64,000 bases of DNA, taken from positions 62,124,001 through 62,188,000 of the forward strand of contig NC_043010.1 in the NCBI RefSeq assembly GCF_006345805.1, in the 5' to 3' direction. The notes under the pieces were generated by a model that saw nothing but the letters and a program-made list of their open reading frames with translations, did not search any database and was not told the DNA's origin. The position numbers and the translations under genes were made by a program. Each line of letters begins with the position of its first letter. The first letter of the stretch is position 1. This stretch comes from Octopus sinensis. Lineage: Eukaryota. Of this stretch, positions 45,945-58,345 are shown piece after piece.

Positions 45945-46545
45945 TTATATATATATATATATATATAATGACTGTACAATGTGATGAATAAAATCTGTTA
46001 TTTCTAGCAGGTCGAACAACCCTGATCGAGCAGACATATGATCGAAGACGTTCCAGCCAGGACCATTCTATCTATCGAAGATTATCAACGAATATATTAT
46101 CTAGTATGTCATTCTTTTTCACAAGACGTTAGGGCGATATTTGAGTGAGATTTCGTTGCTATTTTTAGCAAATCGAGCGTCCACGTAGAGGTTCCCCTCG
46201 TTATCTCGTCTGATACACATGTAGTGTGTATAGCTATTTGAGCACAAACACTGTCAATTTACGTGTATGAATGTTTATGTGAATGTCTATATAAACATCT
46301 ATCACTATATAATTATATAGATTCGTTTATGCATCATCATATACAGGTCTTCTGCCTGTAATTAGTTTTTTAACCCCAGGTAAGCACAGGATAAACAGAC
46401 CGATGATCAAAAGCGTCCAGCCGTGATGATCCCGCTTTTTTTTGTGTGTGTAGTTTTGGAAATACAGTATAGTGTATCCTTTCCTTTTTCAAGACGGTAC
46501 GGTGTAATCTGGGGAGATTTAGCTCCCATTTCTAGCAGGCTCCCC
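45783..46545 (+). mobile_element. Three family E copies
   Basis: tttaaccccaggt..gatcgagcagac..gatcaaag..atttctagcagg repeated. Confidence 0.75.
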
Positions 46546-46874
46546 TCTCTGTCTACGTGACGTTAATAATATATACAATGAAATACACACACACACACAT
46601 ATATATATATTATATATATATACAATGTAAAATGAAAACTTACAAGAAAAATTACAACCAACAATGTACAGTAAATACATACACACAAATATAGATACTT
46701 AAGGTAAAATATAACAAGACAATTATTATATATTTGAGTGTGAGTGTATATAATATATATATATATAATATATATAATGAATTTACATATATATATGTAT
46801 ATATATATGTCTTAAAATGGACCCATGGTCTTATAAATTACAAATAAAATGTGCCCTAGCATAATCAGACACCG

Positions 46875-46932
<58 letters not shown>

Positions 46933-47152
46933 TATATATATATATGTATATATATGTGTATATATATATACAATATATATATGTATATATATATATATAT
47001 TATATATATATGTATATATATATGTATATATATATGTATATATATAAAGTGAATGTGTGTATAATGGATATATGTTTATATGTGCGTGTATAATATACAG
47101 ACATATATATTTGCGTGTATAGGTATACATAAGAAATCTTTATACATCTTAC

Positions 47153-47950
47153 AATGTCTTCTGTTGACTCTGGTGTTTAAAAAAAAAATGTTTTAAAAAG
47201 AAAGAATGAATCCACCGGTCGATCTGTGTTTATGAAACAGCAAAAACAGCTTTCCTTGATGTCGATCTCTGTTGCTAGAGACAAGCAACGAAGTTGTGGA
47301 GGAGAAGAAGATCCACAGAAAAACAGATGCTCAATTAGTGTCTGGAGACAGGACAGAGGAGACTCGAAGACAGCCAAGACATAGAGAGAGGGCACTTGGC
47401 GGATATGGGACTGTTGTGGATTTTTGGTGGCTGACGGGGGCAGGGGATTGGTGCTTTTTCGGCCCGATTTCTGCTGCTTCTGGGGGGAAAGAGAATTTTT
47501 GTGTGTGTATTTTATTTCCACGTTGATTAAAGAAGTTCTTAAGACATCCGTTCAACTTTTGTGCTGCCGTTGCCGATGGCTGCTCAGATATGGCTCGTTC
47601 CCGTTCTTCCTCATTGTTGTAAGAGAGGCGGCTAATGTCAGAGTTAGGAGAGAGAGAAACGGATAGACAGATGGATGGATGGATGTGTGGATAAATAGAG
47701 ATTCTAGCTGGATGCACCTAGGGCTGTGTGTGTAGATATAAAAATATATATATGTGTGTTTAGTAATGACGGTGGCATCAATGTGCTCCTCGCAGTCAGC
47801 AGCTTAAGGAGTTTCAGTGTCGTCTCGGTAGAGAAAGAAAGAGAGAGAGAAAGACGGAGATCAGAGAGAGAGAGGGAGGAAGTGAGAGATATAGATATAA
47901 AGAAGGTGGGAGTGGGGGGAAGGCTGCTTTGTATTAGAGCGGCTTGTAAA
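47153..47950 (-). other. Candidate first non-coding exon of the - strand ZNF gene
   Basis: Transposon-free, GC/CpG-richer block with CT-rich 5' part on -; donor-like att|gtaaga at 47153/47152. Confidence 0.45.
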
Positions 47951-48345
47951 CACAGGGGGAGATAACCCGTTCGCAAGACTATCAGGGGAAGAAAAAGGAC
48001 TTAAAATATGAAGTCGGGGGGGGGGGAATGTATATTTATTCGGTTCATTTGTTTGCGTTTCTTTTTCTCTTAAATAAATATGAAAAATCTAAGCAAATAT
48101 TTGTCACGTTGATAAAATTTGTCAATTGAAGAAAATATTAGGAAGTAAAAATAAAACATTTCAAAATGAACCGATATGAAGTTCCATAGGTAGGCGGTGT
48201 TGTTTTGTGCGGTTACTTTTACACCGGCGACACCGTTTCTTCCTATTGTTTCTTGGAGTAGATACAATGAATTTTTGTTGTGTCTGGGGAAGGGTGGAAC
48301 TTGAGCAGCAATTTTGTGACGCATGCCGTCTAGCTCAGGCTTAGA
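47930..48345 (-). promoter_or_regulatory. Candidate promoter
   Basis: Locally CpG-retaining unique sequence; forkhead motif GTAAACA 47946-47952, GATA words, poly-G run. No expression evidence. Confidence 0.35.
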
Positions 48346-49178
48346 GCAAGCATTTACTTCATACCTCTCTTTCTCTCTCTCGTTTTCTTAGGATAGGTGT
48401 AACATAAAGAACGATTCTTCCCTTCTACATCTCATAGACTTCTTCCCACTTCATTTTGATGAGCCAAAACAATAGTTGAATAATTAATCATTTTTATTAT
48501 TACAACAACTATTGATTAATTTTGCAATTTTCTTCAAATTTTTAATGGAACTAATGCTTGTGTACGAATTAAAACTTTATTCTGTATTTGACAGATGCTG
48601 CCAACGTATGACTCAAGTTACATCTCGCTGCCAGGAAGATTTTAAAATAAATATTCTACTTCGAGTTATATTATCTTTCCAATAAGTTATCTCCACCAAA
48701 CTCTGACCCAGTTTCTCGACTGGTTCCTTTTAAAGGCTCCATTTTTTTTTTTTTACTTAAAAAAAAATTTTCGAGCTAAGTTATATATATATGCACGGTG
48801 CTGGATGTCTACACATACGCAAATGAATGCATATACATACAGTAAATGTATATGCATTTCTATACAATCTACTTATATATATACGTGTGTGTATTATGCG
48901 AATATTTATATAATTTATATGAAAACAAAAGTTCGCCCACAAATAATATAGAATGAATTTATTTCAATATATATCTATATACAGAAATGCAAAATTTTTA
49001 GTACATCTGTATAAATGAATACAATGTTTACATACAAGTATACCAGAAATATGTCGGTATGTGTGTGTGTGTGTGTGTGGTTCGCATGAAAGAATATATC
49101 TCTGGCAGAAAGACCACACGTGGCGGGAAACAGCAGCAACAGAGTGAATAATCAGCTGTTTGTATGTGTGTGAGTGTG

Positions 49179-49219
<41 letters not shown>

Positions 49220-49723
49220 TGACGTATTTTTGCCATTTCAATATGGCTAACCCCTAAGGGTGGATGCTACTGTAGTTTTTAGCCCCAGGAGGACACACTC
49301 CTCCAGCTGGCCATAGACACACTATATATATATATATATGTATGTATATATGTATGTATATATATATATATGTGTGTGTGTCCATGCGTGTATATATACA
49401 TACATACGTACACATACCTATGCGTATGTATGCGTTCATATACATATATATATATACATACATATGCACATCTATCTTTGTGTGTATGTATGTGTCTCCA
49501 TGTGTTGACATCGTGATAGCTGTAAATGAGTGTCACTGTCATACAAGCAGTGTCGTTGATTTCCAATATTCTGCAGAAACATGTCTGATCATGGAGGAAA
49601 CATTACTGTGCTTGGGAAAAGGTGAAGGTTGGCGATAGGAAGGGCATTCAGTTATAAAGAATTTGATTCAATTAATTCTGTCTGACCTCTGCAAGCAGGA
49701 AAAGTTGACGTTAAAATGACGAT

Positions 49724-50097
49724 ATTCTTTTATTTGCTTCAGTCATTTGACTGCGGCCATGCTGGAGCACCGCCTTTAATCAAACAAATCGACCCCAGTA
49801 CTTATTCTTTGTAAGCCAAGTACTTACTCTATCGGTCCCTTATTACCGAACCGCTAAGTTACGGGGACATGAACACACCAACATCGGTTGTCAAGCGATG
49901 GTGTGGAGACAAACACAGACACTCACACATATATATATATATGATGGGCTTCTTTCAGTTTCCGTCTACCAAATCCACTCACAAGGCTTTGGTCGGTCTG
50001 AGGCTATAGTAGAAGTCACTTGCCCAAGGTGCCATGCAGTGGGACTGAACCAGGAACCATGTTGTTGGTAAGCAAGCTACTTACTACACAACCACTC
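49724..50097 (-). mobile_element. SINE family A
   Basis: Match to the family consensus; preceded by an old family C-related copy (49500-49722). Confidence 0.9.
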
Positions 50098-50404
50098 GCT
50101 TAAATAATGTTCAAAGTGGTTTATATGATGAGAAATATAATTTCAAAGTGTTTCTGGTGTAATGGTGAGGATCTGATCAAAGACTTTGCCATTAAAAAAA
50201 CCTAAGAGAAAACTTTGAAATAATAAATAAAAGTGGAAGCATACAAAAATAAACATTATTTTCCATCTTATTGTTACTTTTGTTTCGTTTTGAAAAATAG
50301 AAATTTATTTTATGGTATATATTTTGAATTACATATATATGGGGGGGGGGGCACCAAAATCTTTTAATTGCTTAGGGCCTCTATGGCTCTTTATCCGGTC
50401 CTGC

Positions 50405-50830
50405 CTGTGGGCAAGAGGTTGGAACATGTCTGTGAGTGATTTAATGCCAATTAGTCGAGTAGCCTTTCTCCAGATTTAGTCTAGGAAGTCTATAACAGAA
50501 AAAGCACTGTCCCAGATGTGAGAAAAATGCTCCATTTTGGGCCTCATCTGAGCTTTGTAGAGGGTTAATTGAGTAGGTAATTGAGAGTATTTTCTGGTCC
50601 TGAATAGAAGGGCTAGTGGTTAGGATGTGGTCCTAGTTATATTAAGGATATACATTTGGCCAGAGAAATCTTCAGTCATAGTGAGGGATAATGTCTAGAT
50701 TGATTATAAGGGATCTTGTTAAATGCTGTTCATGTTTAAGGGGATGAGGTGAGATGTTTTCTTCTTTAAAAAAATGCTTGAGTTTTTTGCTGTTGAAAGA
50801 AACGAGATTGACTTCTTATTGGAGGATGCT
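50405..50830 (-). mobile_element. Decayed CR1-clade LINE ORF2 fragment
   Basis: Minus strand LTLYKAQMRPKMEHFSHIWDSA (~50505-50570) matches the LYKAQ.RP..EY.S.IW post-RT motif; later RKATRLIG. Confidence 0.7.
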
Positions 50831-50850
50831 TTCAAAATGTGTGTGTGAAA

Positions 50851-51087
50851 GCAAGTGGTCCAGTGGTTAGGTTATTTGGCTCACAATCGGAAGGTCATAA
50901 GTTCGATTCCCAGTGCAATGTTGTGTTTGAAGCAAGGCACTTTATTTTACATTGCTCCAGTCCACTCAGCAGGCTTAAATGAATTGTACTTGTAATTCAA
51001 AGGGCCAACTTTGCCCCATTCTGTGTTATGCTGAATCTCTCTGAGAACTACATTAAGGATACACGTACCTGTGAAGTATTCAACCAC
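50851..51087 (+). mobile_element. Old tRNA/CORE-like SINE carrying tail type 2
   Basis: A box tggtccagtgg, B box agttcgattcc, gcaaggcactt; tail ttcaaagggcc..gctgaat..gagaactac..ttaagg..acacgt matches 24462-24834. Confidence 0.78.
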
Positions 51088-51336
51088 ATCATCATCCTCA
51101 TCATCGTTTAACGTCCGCTTACCATGCTAGCATGGGTTGGACGATTTTGACTGAGGGTTGGCAAACCAGATGGCTGCACCAGGCTCCAATCTTTATCTGG
51201 CAGAGTTTCTACTGCTGGATGCCCTTCCCCACTCCAACCACTCCGAGAGTGTAGTGGGTGCTTTTTATGTGCCACCGGCATGGGGGCCAGTCAGGCGGTA
51301 CTGACTGGCCCCCATGCCGGTGGCACGTAAAAAGCA
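51088..51336 (-). mobile_element. Family C with a 5' fold-back hairpin (51259-51336)
   Basis: 36-nt arms, 6-nt loop, one G-T mismatch. Confidence 0.9.
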
Positions 51337-51395
51337 TTATCTGCTATAATGAATCCATAAACACATGTATAAAATATCCAAGGGTATATATATTT

Positions 51396-51477
51396 TCTCT
51401 CTGATGATATTATGCTCAGGTCATATGAATTTAATATTTAATATTTACTAAGTATTAATTGAAACAGCTGTAAGGGA
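51396..51477 (+). ncRNA. Type I hammerhead ribozyme motif, core nucleotides intact, long AU-rich stem II
   Basis: UCUCU-CUGAUGA-UAUUAUGCUCAG..CUAAGUAUUAAUU-GAAA-CAGCUG-UA-AGGGA. Confidence 0.72.
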
Positions 51478-51728
51478 TGATGAAGTGATTTTTTTGTTAA
51501 TAATAAACAATTATTAACTTCCCAATCTCCATTTTCTTTTTCTTCTTTTATATGAATATAAACTATATGTTTATATATATATATATATATATCTTATATA
51601 TATATATATACCTATTATTTTAAGGAAATAATTCCCCCAAAATATTTGGTATTTAACCAGTATTTCCTTGGATGAAACCAATCCCTTCATGAGGCTAACC
51701 AAACCTCTATTTTGTGTGTATATATGTA

Positions 51729-52010
51729 TCATCATCATCATCATCATCGTTTAACGTCCGCTTTCCATGCTAGCATGGGTTGGACGGTTCGACCGGGATT
51801 GGGAAGCCAGAAGGCTGCACCAGGCTCCGGTCTTATCTGGCAATGTTCTACAGCTGGATGCCCTTCCTAACGCCAACCACTCCGTGAGTGTAGTGGGTGC
51901 TTTTTACGTGCCACCTGCACAGGTGCCAGGCAGGCTGGCAACGGCCACGGTCGGATTGGTGTATTTTACGGATACCGGCACGGAAGCCAGTCGAGGCCAG
52001 CGCTGGCTTG
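51729..52010 (-). mobile_element. Family C
   Basis: (CAT)n start and 3' domain in reverse. Confidence 0.9.
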
Positions 52011-52639
52011 CAGTTAATCTTTGTGAAGGCTACAATGCTCTTGTTCGGGGCACAAGTTGTAACGGTATATTTTTATTAGACTATTTGTAACGATAAAATT
52101 TTTAGTTGAAGTTGAGGTCAGTATTGTAACGTAAAAATTGATTAGTAAACAATATTACGATGTGTCGATTGTCAGCATTTGTGACGATGAAAATTTGCTG
52201 TTATATTGCATACTGTAGGATGTGAAAGAGGAACAATGCATGAAGTTTTAGGAAATATTTATTTATTGTTACATTACAATACTTGCATCGACGGGCAGGT
52301 TTTGAAAAATCCATAAAGCATGCAAAGTAAAGTTTGTGTTGTATCCTCTTCATTGTTTAGTAGTAAATACAGAGAAAGATAGAATGATGTTTGTATGAGA
52401 ACAGAATTAGAGCTAGAGAGATTTGTAAGGTGTGGGACGTTGTCTCACAGTTGCTGACAATAAACTTCATTTCTCCCTCTGAACAAGGTTCTAGCTGTCA
52501 GCCAGACTTTGTTCTCACTGTAGTGGCTAACTGTTGAGTTATCACCAAAGTGACTGAACTTGTTGAGTCATCACAGGAGTTGACTTACTGATTTTTTGCT
52601 TGGGGTGTTCTTATATATATATATATACATATATATACA

Positions 52640-52679
<40 letters not shown>

Positions 52680-53123
52680 AATGAGTATATGTATATGTGT
52701 GTGAGTGTGTGTATATGTATTTATCTATATATAAGAACGTGTGTGTGTGTGTGTAAATATATATTTGTATGTATACATGTATAATTGAATATATATAATG
52801 TACTTAGCTAACAATTTATAGAATCACCCTTGTGGAAAGTTTCAGAAGGCTGTGTGTTCGAATTACGTTGGGGTCACCAGTTTTAACGGTAATTGGGATA
52901 ATAATTGTTACCAATTGTAACAGTATTTTAGGTCGAGTCAGTGGTCACCTTTTGTAACGGGTGTTGATGCTGCAGATGTGCAAGATGAAAGGAGGACAGG
53001 GATCAAAGTTGAAAAAGAAATATTTATTTACCGTTGCTTTGTATATAGGCAAGACCATGATTGGCTGGTACGATATAATTTGTAAAGCAGGCGAGGTAAA
53101 GAGGGATATCATAGATTTTTCTT

Positions 53124-53463
53124 GTATTCGAGTGTGATCGTTACCGCGTCGCCTTACTGGCACTTGTGCTAGTGGTGTGTGAAAAATTCGAGCGAGGTCG
53201 TTGCCAGTGCCACTGGACTCCCTCCTGTGCAGGTGGCACATAAAAAGCACCTTTTGGGCGTGGCCATAGCCAGTTCCACCAAAGTGGTCCTCGTGTCAGT
53301 GGCATGTAAAAGCACCCACTACACTCTCGGAGTGGTTGGCGTTAGGAAGGGCATCCAGCTGTAGAAACTCTGCCAGATCAGATTGGAGTTTGGTTTGCCA
53401 CACCTCAGTCAAATCGTCCAACCCATGCTAGCATGGAAAGCAGACGTTAAATGATGATGATGA
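53124..53463 (+). mobile_element. Family C
   Basis: Internal units and (GAT)n tail. Confidence 0.9.
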
Positions 53464-54654
53464 CGTGTGCTTCTGTTCTCCTCATTATGTTATAGTAAAC
53501 CACAGATAGAGATAGGCTAATTTTGTAGAGAAGAGACAGTGAGAGTGGTGGGATGAACCGACTGCTTTGTTGATGAGTGACCACAGTTGTGTCTCTGTGC
53601 CTTTTCATTCAGAGACAGTGTTTCATTTTGGTTCTCACTAACTGACTTTGGCTTACAGAGTTCTTGTATTTTTAACTATACAAAACCAGTCAGAAGGAGA
53701 AACATATTGTAGAGAACAACAGATTTCCTTGGGGATACCTCTTATCTCGATTCTAACTTTTCTTGACCTAGAAGAGGTCAGGAGGGTCAAGTGGTGAAGA
53801 CATAAATCGGCTTGGCAAAGCCATATGCTAAATGTAACTGCTGTCACTATAGTTTTTCTGTGAGAAAAATGCTGTTGAACTGTTATGGGAAATTTGCTGA
53901 TACAGGTTCGAATCTACTCTATGCCTAAATGAAGTCACTACAACCTTGTTATTCCCATCACACAGAGAAAAATAAAGCAGATAACCCTCTCTTAAATGTT
54001 TTCTACTAATTTTGTATAAGTCTAAGACCCTTGGCTATAGGTTATAAAATAGGATAAAATGTTGGGCTGATGACACCAAATGGGGCAGAAACAAGCGCCT
54101 ACACCTGTCCCTTTCACAATAAACGTCCTTTTCTTGAATGGTGTGTCAGCTTTGGAGAAGCTTCGAGTCGTTAGATTACCTCCCCTTCTTATATGGAGCG
54201 GGCCTTAATTACTATTTGGTAATTATGGTACATCCCCTGTCAAGTGGAAGAGATAATTTCACGAAATCTAGACTTCATATTGTATGGTAATTGGTATACC
54301 TGTATTTATGTTGGTCAAATACATGCCAGTGGCTACTTTGAGCTATTTCTATTAGCTCATTTTGTTCATACACTCGCTCTCGAAAATGTACGTATGCAGG
54401 TGTGTATAGCACCCCAAATTACGTTTTGAATAAACCAGATTGAAGACCAATCATATTTGGCCAGGTAAAATTAATTCATAGGTGAAAAGTTCTTTCGAAT
54501 TGAAGCTATTTTTCGATTCTTTAAGTCGTTAAAGAATTATTTACCCGCCCACCTCTCCACCAACACCTTGCCACCTAGCATTAAAAAGAAATATTACAAA
54601 GAAATTTCTCATAAACTTCGTTTCGTGGCTGAAGGTACATTTTGTTACACCAAG

Positions 54655-54895
54655 TCGCACGCTCACACACACTCTCACACAAATACATACATACACCCCC
54701 CCACACAGACACACACAAATACATACATACACCCACACAAGCACGAATACATACACTCACCCACTCACTCACACACACAAATACATACATAGACCCACAC
54801 ACTCACATACACACACACACAAATACATACATACACTCACCCACACACAAATACATACATACCCTCACCCACACTCTCGCGTACGCACACACACG
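54655..54895. repeat. CA-rich minisatellite (cacacaaatacatacatacac units)
   Basis: About 6 units visible. Confidence 0.85.
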
Positions 54896-55939
54896 CGCCG
54901 TTTGAATAACCAGCACCACTAAAATCCCGAGTGATTCAAGAATGTACGTAGATCCGTATACCCATGCACACACAGGGACATATACACACACACACACACA
55001 CATACTTGTAACAATCTGTATAATACATACAGACAGTCAGGCAGGCAGACTGGTTCCCAGTGGAGCTTCGGTCCCAGGCTGGTCCGTTTCCCAACTGCAT
55101 ATTTCAATATACTTCACAAGTCTTATATATATATAATCCAGATTGTTGCAAATGCTTAGATAAACGAACAACTGTAACAGATTCACAGATGTGATGAGAT
55201 AAAAGACGGACCAGGATGGAAATTGTTAAAAGACAATACAACATATCGAAGTTGTTGCCAGATTTGAAGTTTTAATAAACTAAACATCATATAAGCATGG
55301 TTTTTTTCGTTTTAATTTTGTTTGCAACTCTTAAACTAAATTTTCATTAGATTTCCAGCCTTACTCTTTACCTGACACCCGCTTAAATTAATCTTCATTT
55401 GTTAATTATCACGAAGTTTTGTACAAGAATGCTGTTCAATGTCCCAGGTGTGAACAGAGATGACAGTCCGGCGTCACTTTTTCCTCATATGAAACATTAA
55501 AACTGTATCGTCCTTCGTCAACAATGACAAAGCAATTATTCGAAAAATAGAATTCTTACATAGCCATAAAAATATTAATCTTGGGGCACAGTTATAGACA
55601 ATAATATAGAATACAGGGGAAAAATCACGGAAAATGTCCCACGAAAACTTCTATTAAAATGTCTCGTTCAATGAGGTGGTTTTTCTTCTATTATCTAAGA
55701 TAATGAATAAAAAGTGATATTTCTTCGCATGTATATGTCATGGTTTCGTGGTTAATTAAGTGGTTTAAAATTACTTTTCATTTATTAATGATATTTGAAT
55801 AATATGACATTCTTTACGTGACATTTTTGTTTTTTCCGGCCAAAAATAATGAAATTTATCACGGTGACTTTTTTTCACTATTAACGTCGTCCTTACTATT
55901 TCCCAGCATTTTCTGTTTTTTTTTTTTATCCATCTCCCA

Positions 55940-56550
55940 AGAACGAAAGGCAAAGTCGTCCTCGGCTGGCGATAGCAACACCAACAACAACAATATTAAT
56001 TTCAAATTTCGGCCAGCAGTTCTTTAGGGGAAGGGGAAATCGATCTCATCGATCTCCAGTTTTCGACTGCTACTTATTTTAACGACTCCCTGAAAGGCGA
56101 AGTCGACCCCGGTGGAATTTTGAACCCAGAACGTAAAGACGGGACGAAATGCCGCTAAACATTTTGTCAAGTGAGCTAACAATTCTGCCTGCTGGTCGTC
56201 TTAAACAATTTCAGATTTTCACACAAAGCCAGCAGCTTTAAGGCGAGGGATCAAGGCTATGTAAACATCGACCCTCTCCCCCAGCGCTCAACTGGTACTT
56301 ATTTTATCGACCCTGAAAGGATGAATGGCAAATTCAATCGTGGCGGGATTTGAACTCCTAATTCTTTCTACTTTTGGCAGAAAGGCCAGCAATCTAAGAA
56401 GAGGAGGGCAAATTGATGTCATTGATACTAGCACTTGACTGAAACTTTATTTTAATGAACCTGAAAAGATGAAAGTCAAAGTTGACCTTGGTGAGATTTG
56501 AACTCCCGATGCAAAGAGAGGAAATCCGCAATGGAATTCTGCCAGTTTGT
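55940..56550 (-). mobile_element. Array of 3-4 old family D-related units
   Basis: Repeated tacttatttt..gacc..gaaagga..aaagtcgacc..gatttgaact; similar units at 57300-57760 and 58410-58560. Confidence 0.72.
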
Positions 56551-56834
56551 GGGGCCTGGTGCATTATGACCTACTGTTTTTTCAGCAGGTGGATGCACCA
56601 CCAGGTTTGTCTGGTATGTTACGACCTGCCTGACTCAGTGGGTCACCATGACACCTGTTCTTGGCATCTGGTGTGTTATGACTCACTGTTTCGGGTGTGT
56701 GGATGCACTGCCAGGCTTTACCCTTATGAACACTAGCGGTGCCAATTTATTTGGAGGGGACAACAATAATATTCCTTTCTAATATAGGGCTCAAAGCCTG
56801 AAATTTGGTGGGAGGAGGCTAGTGAATTTCATTA

Positions 56835-57290
56835 TTAACCCCTGTAGCCAGTCCACTTATGCATACTTTTCCTTCTTAGGGCACAAAACTCTGCTTCCAA
56901 AGACCTGTTGAGGCAAGTGAAATCGAAATCGATCAAATAAAATCAATGGAAATTTTAGTTGTGATACCAGTGCTGGTGGCACGTAAAAGCACCATCCGAA
57001 TGTGGCCGTTGCCAGTACCGCCTCGACTGGCCTCTGTGCCGGTGGCACATAAAAAGCACCACTCGATCATGGCCATTGCCAGCTTTGGCTGACACCTGTG
57101 CCGGTGGCACGTAAAAACCACCCACTACACTCTCAGAGTGGTTGGCATTAGGAAGGGCATCCAGCTGTAGAAACACTGCCAGATCAGACTGGAGCCTGGT
57201 GCAGCCTCTTGGCTTTCCAGACCCTGGTCATACCATCCAACCCATGCTAGCATGGAAAACGGACGTTAAACGATGATGATGATGATGATG
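56835..57290 (+). mobile_element. Family C long copy
   Basis: 5' segment shared with 8772-9372. Confidence 0.9.
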
Positions 57291-57876
57291 TCCTCAACTG
57301 TTATCAATCCCAGCAGGATGAAGGACGAGGTTAACGTTGAGAGGATTTGAATGTAGAGTGTAATGAGTGGGAAGACATGGTGCTAAGCATTTTGTCTGAG
57401 GCTCTCACCATTTTACCAGCTGACCACCTTTTCAGAATATATAAGGGTTTCAAATTTTGACATAGAATCAGCAATTTCAGGAGGAGGGGCTAAGTCAATT
57501 ACATCGACCCCAATACTCGACTGGTGCTTTTATTATTGACCCCAAAAAAGGCAGAATTGTTAGAACACAGGGCGAAGAGCTGAGCAGTGTTCCGAGTTCA
57601 AATTCAGCCGATGTTGACTTTGAACTTTCATCCTTTTGGAGTCGATTAATTAAGTACCAGTTATGCACTGGGGTCGATGTAATTGACTTAATCCCTTGAG
57701 GCCTTGCGCTACCAGTAGAAAGGATGAAAGGCAAAGTCAACCTCGGCGGAATTTGAACTCGTAATTAATTAATAATAATGATGATGCATTCATGCTATGG
57801 AAGCATTTAATTCAGAAACGTGAAAATTCTGTAATTCTATTAGTTTTAGTGCACATATTTCCTGCAGTCATATTAA

Positions 57877-58097
57877 CCCTTTTTTTACCAACCTGGCTGA
57901 AACCAGCTCTGGCTCTGAGTACAAATGTCTTGTTTTCATAAGTTTTGAATTAAAATCTTCCATCAAATCTTAGTCACAATTTATGTTCCTAACACTAGCT
58001 GAATGATAGCTAAGTTATTTTACTAAATTCTTTGTTATATTTAAAATTAATTGAAAGAAACACAGAGCATCTTAATAGAAATATGGTAACAAAAGGG
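57877..58097. mobile_element. piggyBac-type MITE P1, copy 1
   Basis: TTAA-ccctttttttacca ... tggtaacaaaaggg-TTAA. Confidence 0.88.
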
Positions 58098-58128
58098 TTA
58101 AAATATATAATAGAGAAACAATTCTTAA

Positions 58129-58345
58129 CCCTTTTGATACCAACCTGGCTGAAACCACCTCTGGCTCTGAGTAGAAATGTCTTGTTTTCAAAAGTTTTGA
58201 ATTAGAATCTGCCACCAAACCTGAGTCACAATTTATGTTCCTAACACTAGCTGAATGATAACTAAGTTATTTTACTAAATTCTTTGTTATATTTAAAATT
58301 AATTGAAACACAAAGCATCTCAACAGAAATAGGGTAACGAAAGGG
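58129..58345. mobile_element. piggyBac-type MITE P1, copy 2
   Basis: TTAA-cccttttgatacc ... ggtaacgaaaggg-TTAA; highly similar to copy 1. Confidence 0.88.

Noticed and set aside
52070-54470. Possible LTR or LINE ORF1 remnant (e.g. KVRIEIRGIPKEI on - at ~53.7 kb)
   Set aside because: No paired LTRs, PBS or recognisable domain could be established by eye.
54900-55480. Possible promoter or first exon of another gene
   Set aside because: Only mild CpG enrichment; no convincing splice sites or linked ORF in the window.
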